Below, piece by piece: positions 47,097 through 57,291 of a DNA stretch of 64,000 nucleotides (the stretch's first letter is position 1; every line of letters starts with the position of its first letter). Position numbers and translations under genes: made by a program. The notes under the pieces were generated by a model. That model did no database searches and was not told the DNA's origin. It worked only from the letters and a program-made list of their open reading frames with translations. Source of the stretch: Candidatus Collierbacteria bacterium GW2011_GWA2_42_17 (GTDB lineage: Bacteria > Patescibacteriota > Microgenomatia > UBA1400 > MFAQ01); contig LCDA01000001.1 in the NCBI GenBank assembly GCA_000998275.1, positions 30,684 to 94,683 on the forward strand, read 5' to 3'.

Positions 47097-50000
47097 TTAT
47101 TGATTTACTTCTTCGTTGGTAACACCCGCTTCAGCGGCTTCTTCCGATACTTCTTCGGTTTCTTCGGATTCTTCTTCATCTTCAAAAGTAGCAGCTTGAA
47201 GTTCTTCACTCATCGCGGTCGCTTCGGTAATTTCGGCGGCAACTTCTGGTTTTATCGAAACGGCTTCTTCTTCAACAACTTCGACGGATCCAGTTGGAAC
47301 GATTGCCAGTCCAAGAGAGTTAAGTTCTTTCATAAGGACCTTGAAGGACTCAGGAACCGAGGACATGGAGATAGTTTCGCCCTTAACAATTGATTCGAAG
47401 GCTTTGGAACGACCAACAACGTCATCGGATTTGATGGTAAGCATTTCCTGGAGAGTATAGGCTGCTTTGTGCGCTTCGAGTGCCCAAACTTCCATTTCTC
47501 CCAAACGCTGTCCACCCATCTGAGCTTTACCACCCAATGGTTGCTGAGTGACTAAACTGTAAGGTCCAATTGAACGAGCATGGGTCTTGTCTTCGACCAT
47601 GTGGTTGAGCTTGATGATGTAGGTAACACCGACAGCGGTCTCTTCTTCGAAAGCTTCTCCACTTCGACCGTCATAGAGCTGAATCTTGCCAGTGACGGGA
47701 AGATTGGCTTCTTTTAAAGCAGCAGCAATTTTGGCTTCGGAAACACTTTCAAAAACCGGGACCGAGTAGCGTTTGCCGAGTTTACTTCCAGCAAATCCAA
47801 GCTGGGCTTCCAAAAGTTGACCTAAGTTCATACGGGCGAGGACAGAAAGAGGAGAAATAATAATATCAACGGGAGTACCGTCGGCCATGTGGGGCATGTC
47901 GGCCTGAGAAACGATCTTACTGATGACTCCTTTATTACCATGACGTCCGGCGACTTTGTCACCGACAGTAATTTTTCTGAGCTGAGCAACTTTGACCTTG
48001 ATCTGCTTGATGACACCAGCATCAAGTTCGTCACCGTCATCACGATTTAGGATGCGGATAGAAATAATGACACCCTGTTCACCGTGAGGCATACGAAGGG
48101 AGGTATCCCTAACTTCTCTTGCCTTTTCGCCAAAGATAGCGCGAAGCAATCTTTCTTCAGCAGTGAGTTCAGTTTCACCCTTAGGAGCAATTTTTCCTAT
48201 TAAAATGTCGTTTGGACCAACTACGGAACCGACGGCGATAATACCTTCGTGGTCTAGGTTTCGTAGATCAGTTTCGGCAACATTGGGGATGTCTCTTGTT
48301 AACTCTTCAGGTCCAAGCTTTGTATCCATAACATCACAAGTGTGTTCGTGGATATGGACAGAAGAGAGAAGATCTTGGCTGACACAGCGATCGGAAACAA
48401 CGATGGCATCTTCATAACCCAAACCTTCAAAGGCGGCATAGGCGATTAAAAGATTTTGACCAAGAGCCAACTCGCCATTTTCAGCGGCTGGACCGTTGAT
48501 GATGCAGTCACCTTTTTTAATTTTGTCGCCAATGTCGACCAAGGGGTGCTGGTTGTAGGAAGTGTCTTGAGAAGAGTTGTGATATTTTCTGATGTTGTAG
48601 GTAACTATGTCACGATTGACTTCGACAAAACCGTAGTCAAAAGGTGAGATCTCGGAAGCAGCGATTTTAGCGTCGGACGGAGAAAGCTTAAGAGAAATAT
48701 GGTCGGCGTCGACGGAGATAACTTCACCTGCAAACTGAGAGGTGACGGACCAGCCCATACTTTGAGCAACAACACTTTCCATACCAGTGCCTACAATAGG
48801 GGCGGATGGCTTGACTAAAGGTAGAGCTTGAGTAAGGTGATGAGTACCCATGAGAGCACGAGTGCCTTCGTCTTGCTGAATAAAGGGAATAAGAGAAGCT
48901 GAGGTACCAACAACCTGACGAGGAACAACATCAATGTACTGGATTAAGTCAACATCGACTTCGAGATATTTGCCTTGGTATCGAGCAGGGACCCATTTTT
49001 GAGTGATGACATCACCATCGCGTTCGATTCCGGCATGAGTAACATAAACGTCTTCTTCGTCGTCGGCGGCGAGGAAAATAATTTCTTTACCAATAACCAT
49101 CTTGGTTTTGCCACCCCTTGTTACTTTTTCAACTTTGAGATAGGGTGATTCAAGGAAACCGTAGTCGTTGATACGAGTGTAAAGGGCCAGATAGGTAACC
49201 AAGCCAATGTTTGGACCCTCGGGAGATCTCACGGGACAGATACGAGAGTATTGAGAAGAGTGAATATCACGCATGGAGAAACTGGCACGTTCTCTCGTTA
49301 TACCACCGGGCCCCATAACGGAGATACGGCGAAGGTTGTCGATTTCCGAAAGAGGGTTAACTTGATCCAGGATGGAAGAAAGTCTGTTTCGGCGGAAAAA
49401 CTCGGTAATGGCGGAAATTATTGGCCTGGGGTTTACAAAGGCGGCGGGGGTGGGAAGTTCATCGGGTTTGGCAAGAGACATTTTCTCTTTGATGGAACGC
49501 TCGAGGCGAAGAAGTCCGGCTTTGAAAGATGTCTGGTTGACAAGTTCACCAACACAGCGGAGACGACGGTTGGCCAAGTGATCGATGTCGTCAACTTTAC
49601 CTTTACCATTTTGAAGATCGATAAGATATTTGATGGAACCGACAAAATCGTCGATGGAGAGGGTAACATGTTGCTTATCTACAGGAATAGAAAGACCAAG
49701 TTTTCGGCTCATCTTGTAACGTCCAACGAGTCCTAGGTTATAACGTCGGGAATCAAAAAACATTTGGTGAAGAAGAGCCTTGGCGTTGTCAAGAACGGCC
49801 GGTTCACCGGGGCGGACCTTTTGATAGAACTCCAAAAGAGCTTCTTCTGTGTTGGTAGTTGGATCTTTAAGGAGGGTGGTGGCAATGTAGGGGTGATCTT
49901 TATCAATATCGACTTCACTGAAAAGGGCGAGAATTTCTTCGTTGGTACTAAAACCTAGAGCGCGAAGGAGGGTGGTAGCTGATACTTTGCGATGGCGGTC

Positions 50001-50537
50001 GATTCTGACGGAGAGATGATCATTGCGACTAACAATTACTTCCAGCCAAGAACCGCGCATAGGGCGAATTTCGGCTTGATGAATAGCACGTCCAGAGTGA
50101 GGATCGACCTCGCGAGTGAAGTAGGCGCCTGGAGAACGAACCAGCTGATCAACAACGACACGTTCGACACCGTTAATGATAAAGGTTCCCGTGGAAGTCA
50201 TCATGGGAATGTCACCCAAGAAAATTTCCTGTTGCTGAGTGGCTTTGGAATGGAGATTGGTTAATTTAACGGTTGCCCAAAGAGGAGCTTCAAAGGTAAC
50301 ACCTTTTTCGATGGCTTGTTTGGGAGTGATTTTGGGAAGACCAATGCGATTTGAAAGAAATTCGAATTCAAAGACCTTACCCGTGAAGTCCTTGATGGGG
50401 TTAAGCTCAGTGAGAGACTCGCTTATGCCGTCTTGGAGAAATTGCTTGTATGAGTTGATTTGAATTTGAATCAAATTCAATTCTGGTAATACCGGGTTTA
50501 TTGTTCCCCAGTTTTCACGATTGGTTTGTTTATTCAT
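47097..50537 (-). CDS. rpoB: DNA-directed RNA polymerase subunit beta
   Basis: full-length RpoB similarity; acidic E-rich C-terminal tail. Confidence 0.95.
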   Translation of the reverse strand: MNKQTNRENWGTINPVLPELNLIQIQINSYKQFLQDGISESLTELNPIKDFTGKVFEFEFLSNRIGLPKITPKQAIEKGVTFEAPLWATVKLTNLHSKATQQQEIFLGDIPMMTSTGTFIINGVERVVVDQLVRSPGAYFTREVDPHSGRAIHQAEIRPMRGSWLEVIVSRNDHLSVRIDRHRKVSATTLLRALGFSTNEEILALFSEVDIDKDHPYIATTLLKDPTTNTEEALLEFYQKVRPGEPAVLDNAKALLHQMFFDSRRYNLGLVGRYKMSRKLGLSIPVDKQHVTLSIDDFVGSIKYLIDLQNGKGKVDDIDHLANRRLRCVGELVNQTSFKAGLLRLERSIKEKMSLAKPDELPTPAAFVNPRPIISAITEFFRRNRLSSILDQVNPLSEIDNLRRISVMGPGGITRERASFSMRDIHSSQYSRICPVRSPEGPNIGLVTYLALYTRINDYGFLESPYLKVEKVTRGGKTKMVIGKEIIFLAADDEEDVYVTHAGIERDGDVITQKWVPARYQGKYLEVDVDLIQYIDVVPRQVVGTSASLIPFIQQDEGTRALMGTHHLTQALPLVKPSAPIVGTGMESVVAQSMGWSVTSQFAGEVISVDADHISLKLSPSDAKIAASEISPFDYGFVEVNRDIVTYNIRKYHNSSQDTSYNQHPLVDIGDKIKKGDCIINGPAAENGELALGQNLLIAYAAFEGLGYEDAIVVSDRCVSQDLLSSVHIHEHTCDVMDTKLGPEELTRDIPNVAETDLRNLDHEGIIAVGSVVGPNDILIGKIAPKGETELTAEERLLRAIFGEKAREVRDTSLRMPHGEQGVIISIRILNRDDGDELDAGVIKQIKVKVAQLRKITVGDKVAGRHGNKGVISKIVSQADMPHMADGTPVDIIISPLSVLARMNLGQLLEAQLGFAGSKLGKRYSVPVFESVSEAKIAAALKEANLPVTGKIQLYDGRSGEAFEEETAVGVTYIIKLNHMVEDKTHARSIGPYSLVTQQPLGGKAQMGGQRLGEMEVWALEAHKAAYTLQEMLTIKSDDVVGRSKAFESIVKGETISMSSVPESFKVLMKELNSLGLAIVPTGSVEVVEEEAVSIKPEVAAEITEATAMSEELQAATFEDEEESEETEEVSEEAAEAGVTNEEVNQ

Positions 50538-50670
50538 CCGTTTTGGATTTTAAGGAAAAGTAAATAACAATGAAACATACGAAAACCTGACCGACACAAA
50601 ATCCAGCCAAGTTTATAGCAGTGCCATTAGGATATCATAATATTGAGGCCGTTGTCAACCTAAAGATTGA

Positions 50671-51675
50671 TCAGTTAACGCAGTCTTTTTGAAGGTAAGT
50701 ACAAATGTTTTGATTGTGTTCTTCGATGGTGTTTGCAAAATGAATGTTTCCCTTTAAATCGTGAAGATAAAACCAAGCAGAGGTTTCCTTGGGAGAGGCG
50801 GCGGCCATAAGGGCAGCTTTCCCGGGATTACTGATCGGTTTGGGGGGTAAGCCTTGATTGAGATAGGTGTTGTAGGGTGAGTTGATCTGAAGATCTGCCC
50901 TGGTAAGGTTTTTTGGCCACCAGTCGCAGTCAAGTTTTCGGCAACGGATGGTGGACAAGGCATATTGAACAGTGGCGTCAATTTGAAGTGGCCAGGCGGC
51001 GTTGATTCTATTTTCGATAACGCCAGCAACTTCGGGCATTTCGGCAGACGAAGCAGCTTCTCTTTCCAAAAGTGAGGCAATTATGGTTACTTTGTTTATG
51101 TCTGTCTCCGAAACTTTTGCCTCAACTAAGATATCTAAGTATCTTTTTTCCAGGCGACTAATGATGGCGGAGGTAGTGGCTTGGGGATCAAAATCGTAGG
51201 TATCCGGAAAGAGTCTACCTTCTTTATCAGCGGTTTTGGAAATAAACTCGGTAGTGGTAAAGGTTTTACCTTCGGCATTTTTAAAAGCACTTTCGAAGAT
51301 AAGGGCTATTTCTTGACGACGAAGGCCTTCGGGAATGGTGACTCTTATTGTTTTGGTACTGGCATGAGTCAGACTGTTGGCTATTTCAGTAATGGTCATG
51401 TTGGGTGAAAGTCTGAAAAAGCCAGCTTGGACTCGATTGGAAATGCCATAAACAATAACGGTAATTTTGAAAGCGGCTCTGGACCTAATCAGCTTAGCAG
51501 TACTTAACTCCTGACCAATACGATCGATACTCCAACCGGACTTGATTTCAAACTCGGTGGCGGAAGTTTGTTTATAAGTGACTGGTCTGGTAGCTTGAAA
51601 AAACCAACCAAAAAAAGCGATAAAAAGGAAGGTAAAAACAGTGAAAAGGCGTTTAAACATGAATCTATACTTCAC
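50671..51675 (-). CDS. mltG: endolytic murein transglycosylase MltG (YceG-like)
   Basis: N-terminal TM, YceG domain with ...SLLEREAA... catalytic Glu region. Confidence 0.75.
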   Translation of the reverse strand: MKYRFMFKRLFTVFTFLFIAFFGWFFQATRPVTYKQTSATEFEIKSGWSIDRIGQELSTAKLIRSRAAFKITVIVYGISNRVQAGFFRLSPNMTITEIANSLTHASTKTIRVTIPEGLRRQEIALIFESAFKNAEGKTFTTTEFISKTADKEGRLFPDTYDFDPQATTSAIISRLEKRYLDILVEAKVSETDINKVTIIASLLEREAASSAEMPEVAGVIENRINAAWPLQIDATVQYALSTIRCRKLDCDWWPKNLTRADLQINSPYNTYLNQGLPPKPISNPGKAALMAAASPKETSAWFYLHDLKGNIHFANTIEEHNQNICTYLQKDCVN

Positions 51676-51871
51676 TTAAAAGGGCGCGGCGATAAGTTTT
51701 TGTCTTGGGATTATAAATAAAGATACGGCCACATTTGCAGGTGACTTGGTTACAGTCTTTGACCTTTTTTGAGGGAACACTTTCACCCTCAACAAGTGGA
51801 GTGCCACAACCAACACAAGAGCCCTTGGAAAGGAGCCAGGCTTGGACGGGAGCAATGATATTCTTGAACAT
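51665..51871 (-). CDS. hypothetical small zinc-ribbon protein (68 aa)
   Basis: CVGCG...CNQVTCKCG Cys4; stop overlaps mltG start by 11 nt. Confidence 0.4.
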   Translation of the reverse strand: MFKNIIAPVQAWLLSKGSCVGCGTPLVEGESVPSKKVKDCNQVTCKCGRIFIYNPKTKTYRRALLSEV

Positions 51872-51892
51872 AACTTTATTGTATCAAAGTAG

Positions 51893-52291
51893 TTAATTAT
51901 CGGCGTTGTCTAGATAGTCCTCCAAAATGATAGCAGCAGCTGTTTGATGTTCACTCTTTTTTCTTCTCATAAGAGTTTTGCCCGATTTCTTCAGGAGACT
52001 TCTGGCCGAACGAGAAGAAAAATCTTCGGAAAATAAAACAATTTTACCGGAGAAGACCTTCTGTAGTTCTTTTTTTAAGCTTGAGGCTGTTTCAACCAAA
52101 GGACCATGATGAGGAACTCCGATAACGATAGTTTCAGGATTGTTTTTGGCTATAAAAGGGAGTAGTTTGCCGAGAAGTTTATCTTTTTGGGACTCAAAGA
52201 TGGTAGCCAGAGGCTCAGCAAGCATTCCCTCGCGAGAGATAGCGATGCCTGTATGAGCAGTACCAAGATCGAGACAAAGTATTGTTTTCAT
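51893..52291 (-). CDS. ruvX: Holliday-junction resolvase-like nuclease RuvX/YqgF
   Basis: MKtILcLDLGTahtGIAIS RNase H-fold N-terminus. Confidence 0.8.
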   Translation of the reverse strand: MKTILCLDLGTAHTGIAISREGMLAEPLATIFESQKDKLLGKLLPFIAKNNPETIVIGVPHHGPLVETASSLKKELQKVFSGKIVLFSEDFSSRSARSLLKKSGKTLMRRKKSEHQTAAAIILEDYLDNADN

Positions 52292-52293
52292 GT

Positions 52294-53046
52294 TTAATTT
52301 TCGATGAGGGTTGCCTCCACCACCAAACGGCGAAGAGTGGTTCCAGGAGGAACACAGGTAATTAATTTAATAGTTTTAGCGTTGTAGTTTTGTTTTAGTA
52401 CCCAAAGTTCTGACGGTTTTACCTCAATAATACTGGTAACCCGATAAGTGTATTCTGCCTCTTTGTATTTAACAAAGACGTCAGAACCGAGTTTCATTTT
52501 GGGTAAATTGGAAAAAATAGTGGTGTATTTTAAGGGATTATAAAATTGTGGAAGGGTAGAATGACCAAAGATTACAGGTGAACCGCGTTCACCCGGAAGC
52601 GCGGTTTGAGGATACTGAACCAGGTGTTTCGTAAGATCTTCGTCAAATAAACTTACTTGAACATCAGCAAGTTCGAGAGAGGGGATAGAGATTGAATAAA
52701 ATTCGGGGATGTTGCCATCGTCTATCTTGGGGGTAGTAAAGGGATTGTTTTGGGTGTCTCCGGGGAACCAACTACTGGCTTTGGTATAGTCTAGATCACT
52801 CAGAACTTTTGGTTCACGATCCGAACTTGCTTTTGATTCGTAATAGACCGGGGAGAGAAGCCCAGAGTTAACCAAACTAAATGGTTTGAAGTCTTTTAAT
52901 TGGTAACTGACCACTGGATAAGTTACGGCACCGAGAATACCAAGACCGACAGCAGAGATTAATGTCGGTACGGTTTTTAAATATATGGGGATTTTTCTCC
53001 CAGGATGTGGGTTTTTTGCCGTAGCTTTTTTGTATCCGTAGAGCAT
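52294..53046 (-). CDS. sortase family transpeptidase
   Basis: N-terminal TM, conserved His (VIFGHStL), TLITC active-site Cys, downstream Arg (LRRLVVEA). Confidence 0.7.
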   Translation of the reverse strand: MLYGYKKATAKNPHPGRKIPIYLKTVPTLISAVGLGILGAVTYPVVSYQLKDFKPFSLVNSGLLSPVYYESKASSDREPKVLSDLDYTKASSWFPGDTQNNPFTTPKIDDGNIPEFYSISIPSLELADVQVSLFDEDLTKHLVQYPQTALPGERGSPVIFGHSTLPQFYNPLKYTTIFSNLPKMKLGSDVFVKYKEAEYTYRVTSIIEVKPSELWVLKQNYNAKTIKLITCVPPGTTLRRLVVEATLIEN

Positions 53047-53047
53047 G

Positions 53048-54559
53048 TTAGTCCTCCACTAGTTCAAACTTGATGTTTTTTAGAGGAAGGAAGTTGGTAA
53101 AGACGGGAATTTTGGGGGCAATCTTAATCCTAAGCTGACTAAATCCTTGAATGGTAGAGAAGTAGGGGCGGATTCCCGTGACAGATTTTCCCCCGATAGC
53201 TGCCTTTAATTTTTCTTCGTCAATCTTGGGAAATAGACTAGTTTCAACGTTTACTTTTGCTTCGTAGTAGCCGTCTTTTTTAACTGGTTCTTCGAGTATG
53301 ATGGCAGTGTTTCCGGGAAAAATTTCCGATCCGGCGGGTATTTGGGGAGCAAGTTGAACCGCAATTAATTGATAAAGATTGTCCTCGGAATAAACAAGAG
53401 TATCGACCGATCCTTCAAGATCCAAATTTAAAACTGTTGCCTCTTCACCAATATCCTTATCAAAAGTTTTTTTGGTGAAAGCAAATTCAGAGAGTGCCAG
53501 AGATTTAAGTCCGGGAGTTTGTGATTGGGTTGAAGCCTGAATCTGAGTCTTTATTTTCTCGGTAGCTAACAAAAGAAGTTTATCCTGATCGGCTTTGGAA
53601 ACAGCACGAACTGCTCTGGATGTTCCGCCGGAGAAGTCTGCGTCGGCGACAGCGATGATGGTGTTTTTTGAGTAGTTATCAACGGAGAAATTTGAGTTTT
53701 TAGGAAGGTTGTAATCAGCGCCAATCTTGGCTGCGTTTACCTTTACTCCTGACACAATCCCGTATGCTCCTTGAACAATACCGACATCGGCACTCTTGGA
53801 GGCGACGGTTATTGCATCAGTTATGGTATATGCATATTTACTATTTTCAGAAAGGATGGTGGAGCCGGCTTTGATGACAATGGGGGCAGTTGATTTGTTG
53901 GCGATGGTGATTGTCCCGGAAGCTTTATCACCTACAGTTGCGTCTCCGGTGGTAGGAATTTGTTCTTTGGCGGAACCAGAAACTGTTTTTTTTGTAGCCA
54001 GTAAGGTGGGTGTGGCGGAAACAGAACTTTCGGCAATGGAGATGATGTACTGACCAGTGATTTTTTGAGGATTGAAGGCAATGGAGATAATTGCCTGTCC
54101 GGTAAACAGATAGAGGATATAACCCAAACCTAATAACAAAGGTAGAACAAGTAAATATAACCAAGAAAGTTTATTTACTTTTATATCGGGAAGTCTAAAT
54201 TTTGGAAAAGTTGGTAAGGAAAAAGCGAGTTTGGTTTTCGGTTTTGGAGTAAAGGACGGTTCTTCTTGGGGAAGGGCATACTCCGGTTCCGAGATGTCGG
54301 TCGAAGGCTCGACGTATGTTTCGGGAAGAGCTTTTTCTACAGATGAAGGAGCGTCGGCCTCTTCGTACGAAAAGCCGAGCTCGTCAATGGATGTCGGAGA
54401 TACTTCCGGAACATAAATATTGGTTTCTTCATGAGGGAGACTCTCTTCATGAGACTCTTCGCCTGTCTTTCCAGTAAGATACTGAACAGCTTCAGTACCT
54501 CCGGTGAGGGCAGTTGCTCGAATACTAAAGTCTACGGGTAAGGCCTCAACCTTGGGCAT
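53048..54559 (-). CDS. hypothetical membrane protein with acidic/Pro-rich N-terminal region, one TM and ~340-aa extracytoplasmic domain
   Basis: hydrophobic segment LSWLYLLVLPLLLGLGYILYLF; no recognisable domain. Confidence 0.4.
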   Translation of the reverse strand: MPKVEALPVDFSIRATALTGGTEAVQYLTGKTGEESHEESLPHEETNIYVPEVSPTSIDELGFSYEEADAPSSVEKALPETYVEPSTDISEPEYALPQEEPSFTPKPKTKLAFSLPTFPKFRLPDIKVNKLSWLYLLVLPLLLGLGYILYLFTGQAIISIAFNPQKITGQYIISIAESSVSATPTLLATKKTVSGSAKEQIPTTGDATVGDKASGTITIANKSTAPIVIKAGSTILSENSKYAYTITDAITVASKSADVGIVQGAYGIVSGVKVNAAKIGADYNLPKNSNFSVDNYSKNTIIAVADADFSGGTSRAVRAVSKADQDKLLLLATEKIKTQIQASTQSQTPGLKSLALSEFAFTKKTFDKDIGEEATVLNLDLEGSVDTLVYSEDNLYQLIAVQLAPQIPAGSEIFPGNTAIILEEPVKKDGYYEAKVNVETSLFPKIDEEKLKAAIGGKSVTGIRPYFSTIQGFSQLRIKIAPKIPVFTNFLPLKNIKFELVED

Positions 54560-55089
54560 GCGTTGGAAAGGAAGTCGCTCCGGGCAGTTTCTTCTGATGA
54601 AGTTATTTCACCTTTTTCGATAATAGAGACAGCGACTTTGGTGGTGTAGATCTCAAGAAGAATAGCCGTAGGAGGAATACCTTCAAGGTTTTTCATGTAA
54701 TGGGCAATGGCGGAGTTTATGGGAACCATACCAATGGGATCAAGCCCTAACTCTTTGACTAAACGACTTATTAGCTTGGTTTTTGAAGGATGAACTTTGC
54801 CGTCGTTAATCCAGGAATCAGGGAGTCCAAAGATAACTTTTCGGGGCTCGGAATCAATGTCTTTGACGGCTTGCTCAAGTGAAGCGTCGACCCCGTTTAT
54901 AAGAGAGTCTTCGTCTTCCCATGACTCGAACGAACCTACCTTAATAACAGAAGGAATTCCCTCGACTACTTCCCATAGAGCGGTTTTGATGAGAGATTCA
55001 TGAATCTCGATGGCCAAAAAAAGATCCGGTTCTTTGGTTTTTGTATTGTTTCCAAATAGATTTACTAAGTTCATGGCAAAAGTCGTCAA
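54532..55089 (-). CDS. FtsA/PilM-like actin-fold N-terminal fragment (185 aa)
   Basis: LFLAIEIhESlIKtAlwEV..G.PsVIkvGSfeS and ...ILLEIYttKVAVSII resemble phosphate-1/phosphate-2 motifs; protein ends early; overlaps next ORF by 28 nt. Confidence 0.4.
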   Translation of the reverse strand: MTTFAMNLVNLFGNNTKTKEPDLFLAIEIHESLIKTALWEVVEGIPSVIKVGSFESWEDEDSLINGVDASLEQAVKDIDSEPRKVIFGLPDSWINDGKVHPSKTKLISRLVKELGLDPIGMVPINSAIAHYMKNLEGIPPTAILLEIYTTKVAVSIIEKGEITSSEETARSDFLSNACPRLRPYP

Positions 55090-56924
55090 ACAAACTGCAA
55101 GTATAGGCGCCGTGTTCCGGCACCTAGTGATTCTTGTTTGACTATCTTTATCTTAGCAAGTTCTTGAGTGTTAGTCACATGGGGGCCACCACAGATCTCC
55201 TTGGAAAAGGTATTTTCTTTGGTACCAATCGTGTAAACACTGACGATGTCGGGATATTTTTGACCGAAGAACGCCATAGCTCCCTGCGCAATGGCATCAT
55301 CCTTTTTCATTTCTTCTTGGGTGACCGGTAGTTTATCGGAAATTGCTTTGTTTATTAGTTCCTCGGTTAATTGGAGCTCATTATCTGTGAGTTTTTCCGG
55401 GTGAGAGAAATCAAATCTGAGTCTCTCCGAGGTAATATTGGATCCCTTTTGACTAACGTGAGTACCTAAGATTTGACGGAGAGCGGCGTGAAGCAGATGA
55501 GTGGCCGTGTGATATGCCGTGACGGTTTTGGAGTGGTCGGCAAGGCCTCCGGTGAACATGCCGGCAGAAGCAGAACGAGAAAGTTGTTTATGTTTTTCAA
55601 ATTCAGCTTCAAATTGTTTTGTGTCGATCTTGATATTCATTCTAGATAGTATTTCGGCGGTGATTTCCAGTGGAAAACCATAGTTTTGATAAAGATCAAA
55701 GGCGGCTTTACCGTCAATTTTGGGGTTTTTTTGGAGTTCTTTAATACCTTTGTCTAGTGAAGCACTAAATCTCTTAATTTCGGTCTTTATGGTCTCGTGA
55801 AGAACTGGAGTATCTTTTTTAATATCGAAATAGAGGGGTGAGTAAAACTCCGCAACCTTGAAACTAAGTTCGGAAAGTCTTTCAAGGATCTCAAAATTGG
55901 CAGTTAGAAAATATAACTTAACGGCTGCCCGGCGGAGTATTCTTCGCAAGACATACCCCTGAGCTTTGTTAGTTGGAAAAACACCATCTTTAATGAGAAA
56001 AGTGGCCGCGGTGAGATGATCGGCAATCACGCGCATGAGTGGTTGATTCTCGGCATCGGAGTAAGATTTTCCCGAGATTGTTTCAATTTCTTGAATTAGT
56101 GGATAGAGACTGGAAATCTTGAACATATCCGGGTCGGAGTTAACGGCGGCTTCCAAGCGAGTAAGGCCGCCACCAAAATCAATGTTTTTGCGAGGTAGTT
56201 CTTCAAGAGTGCCGTCTTCTTTTTTAAGATACTGCATAAAAACAGAGTTACCGATTTCCATGAAACGACCACAGTCGCAGTTGGGGTGACACTTTTCTTT
56301 TTTGAAGATCGATTTTTCATGGAGTTTGAGATCTTCACCAAAGTCAAAAAAGACTTCGGAGTCCGGGCCACCAGGTTCTCCGGCGGGCATATTTTCGGGA
56401 GGACCGGATCTGGACCACCAGTTTTTATTAGCGGGATAAGCAAAAATACGTTCACCTTCCTTGGCACTAACACCCACTCTTTTAAAGAGATCTTGCCAGA
56501 TGGAGATGGCTTCTACGTCCTTGCTCACACCGGATCCCCCTTCAAAAACGGTGACGAAGAGTTTTTTAGGGTCCAGACCAAGACCTTCGTTTTTACTTAT
56601 CAGGAAGGTAAAAAACCATTCTAGTTGTTTGTCTTTGGAGTAGTCTCCCAACGACCAGTTGCCGAGCATTTCAAAAAAAGTGGTGTGGCGATTATCCCCT
56701 ATTTCATCGATGTCTCCGGAGCGGAAACATTTTTGAGAATCAACAAGACGCGTGCCCAAAGGATGTTTTTGACCAAGTAAATAGGGCATCATCGGTTGCA
56801 TACCAGCAGAGGTAAAGAGGGTAGTGGCGTCGCCTTCGGGAACAAGTGATGCTGAAGGGATTAGGGCATGTCCTCTTTTTTCCATAAAAGAGAGAAATTT
56901 ACTTCTGATGTCATTAATGGTCAT
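55086..56924 (-). CDS. alaS: alanine--tRNA ligase, short form lacking C-terminal (C-Ala) domain
   Basis: class II catalytic core, editing domain HxxxH...CGGpHV; only 612 aa. Confidence 0.85.
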   Translation of the reverse strand: MTINDIRSKFLSFMEKRGHALIPSASLVPEGDATTLFTSAGMQPMMPYLLGQKHPLGTRLVDSQKCFRSGDIDEIGDNRHTTFFEMLGNWSLGDYSKDKQLEWFFTFLISKNEGLGLDPKKLFVTVFEGGSGVSKDVEAISIWQDLFKRVGVSAKEGERIFAYPANKNWWSRSGPPENMPAGEPGGPDSEVFFDFGEDLKLHEKSIFKKEKCHPNCDCGRFMEIGNSVFMQYLKKEDGTLEELPRKNIDFGGGLTRLEAAVNSDPDMFKISSLYPLIQEIETISGKSYSDAENQPLMRVIADHLTAATFLIKDGVFPTNKAQGYVLRRILRRAAVKLYFLTANFEILERLSELSFKVAEFYSPLYFDIKKDTPVLHETIKTEIKRFSASLDKGIKELQKNPKIDGKAAFDLYQNYGFPLEITAEILSRMNIKIDTKQFEAEFEKHKQLSRSASAGMFTGGLADHSKTVTAYHTATHLLHAALRQILGTHVSQKGSNITSERLRFDFSHPEKLTDNELQLTEELINKAISDKLPVTQEEMKKDDAIAQGAMAFFGQKYPDIVSVYTIGTKENTFSKEICGGPHVTNTQELAKIKIVKQESLGAGTRRLYLQFV

Positions 56925-56982
56925 TTGAATACAAATTATAGCTCAAACAGGTCGCTGTAAACAAAAGAATTAAGAATAGTGA

Positions 56983-57291
56983 TTATTGAGGACGAAGTGG
57001 ATAAACGGTGGGGGGAGCAGGTGGAGGGGCTTCAAAATCATAAGTGGCATGATGAGGGGTCTCTTGAGGGGTAATTATTGGAGTCCGAGGAGTTTCTTCA
57101 GGTTTCTCATGAGGAATGATATTGCCCGGAATATTTTTGTATTTTTCGGGAATAGCATTTAAAACTTCTTTGACGACTTTTCGGCCCTCTTCGGTGCCAA
57201 AAAGTAAGGCGGCAATGACGCCGATGGTTGCTCCCATGGCAAAGGAGGAAAAGTGGTGGTCTTGGTTATTATTGGGACTCATCTTCTTCAA
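56983..57291 (-). CDS. YtxH-like small membrane protein with Pro-rich C-terminus
   Basis: GAtIGViAALLFgTEEGRK motif. Confidence 0.4.
   Translation of the reverse strand: MKKMSPNNNQDHHFSSFAMGATIGVIAALLFGTEEGRKVVKEVLNAIPEKYKNIPGNIIPHEKPEETPRTPIITPQETPHHATYDFEAPPPAPPTVYPLRPQ

Noticed and set aside
47100-47300. GAA/GAG-rich repetitive DNA that could be mistaken for a tandem repeat or CRISPR-like array
   Set aside because: It is the in-frame acidic (Glu-rich) C-terminal tail of rpoB; no spacer-repeat periodicity
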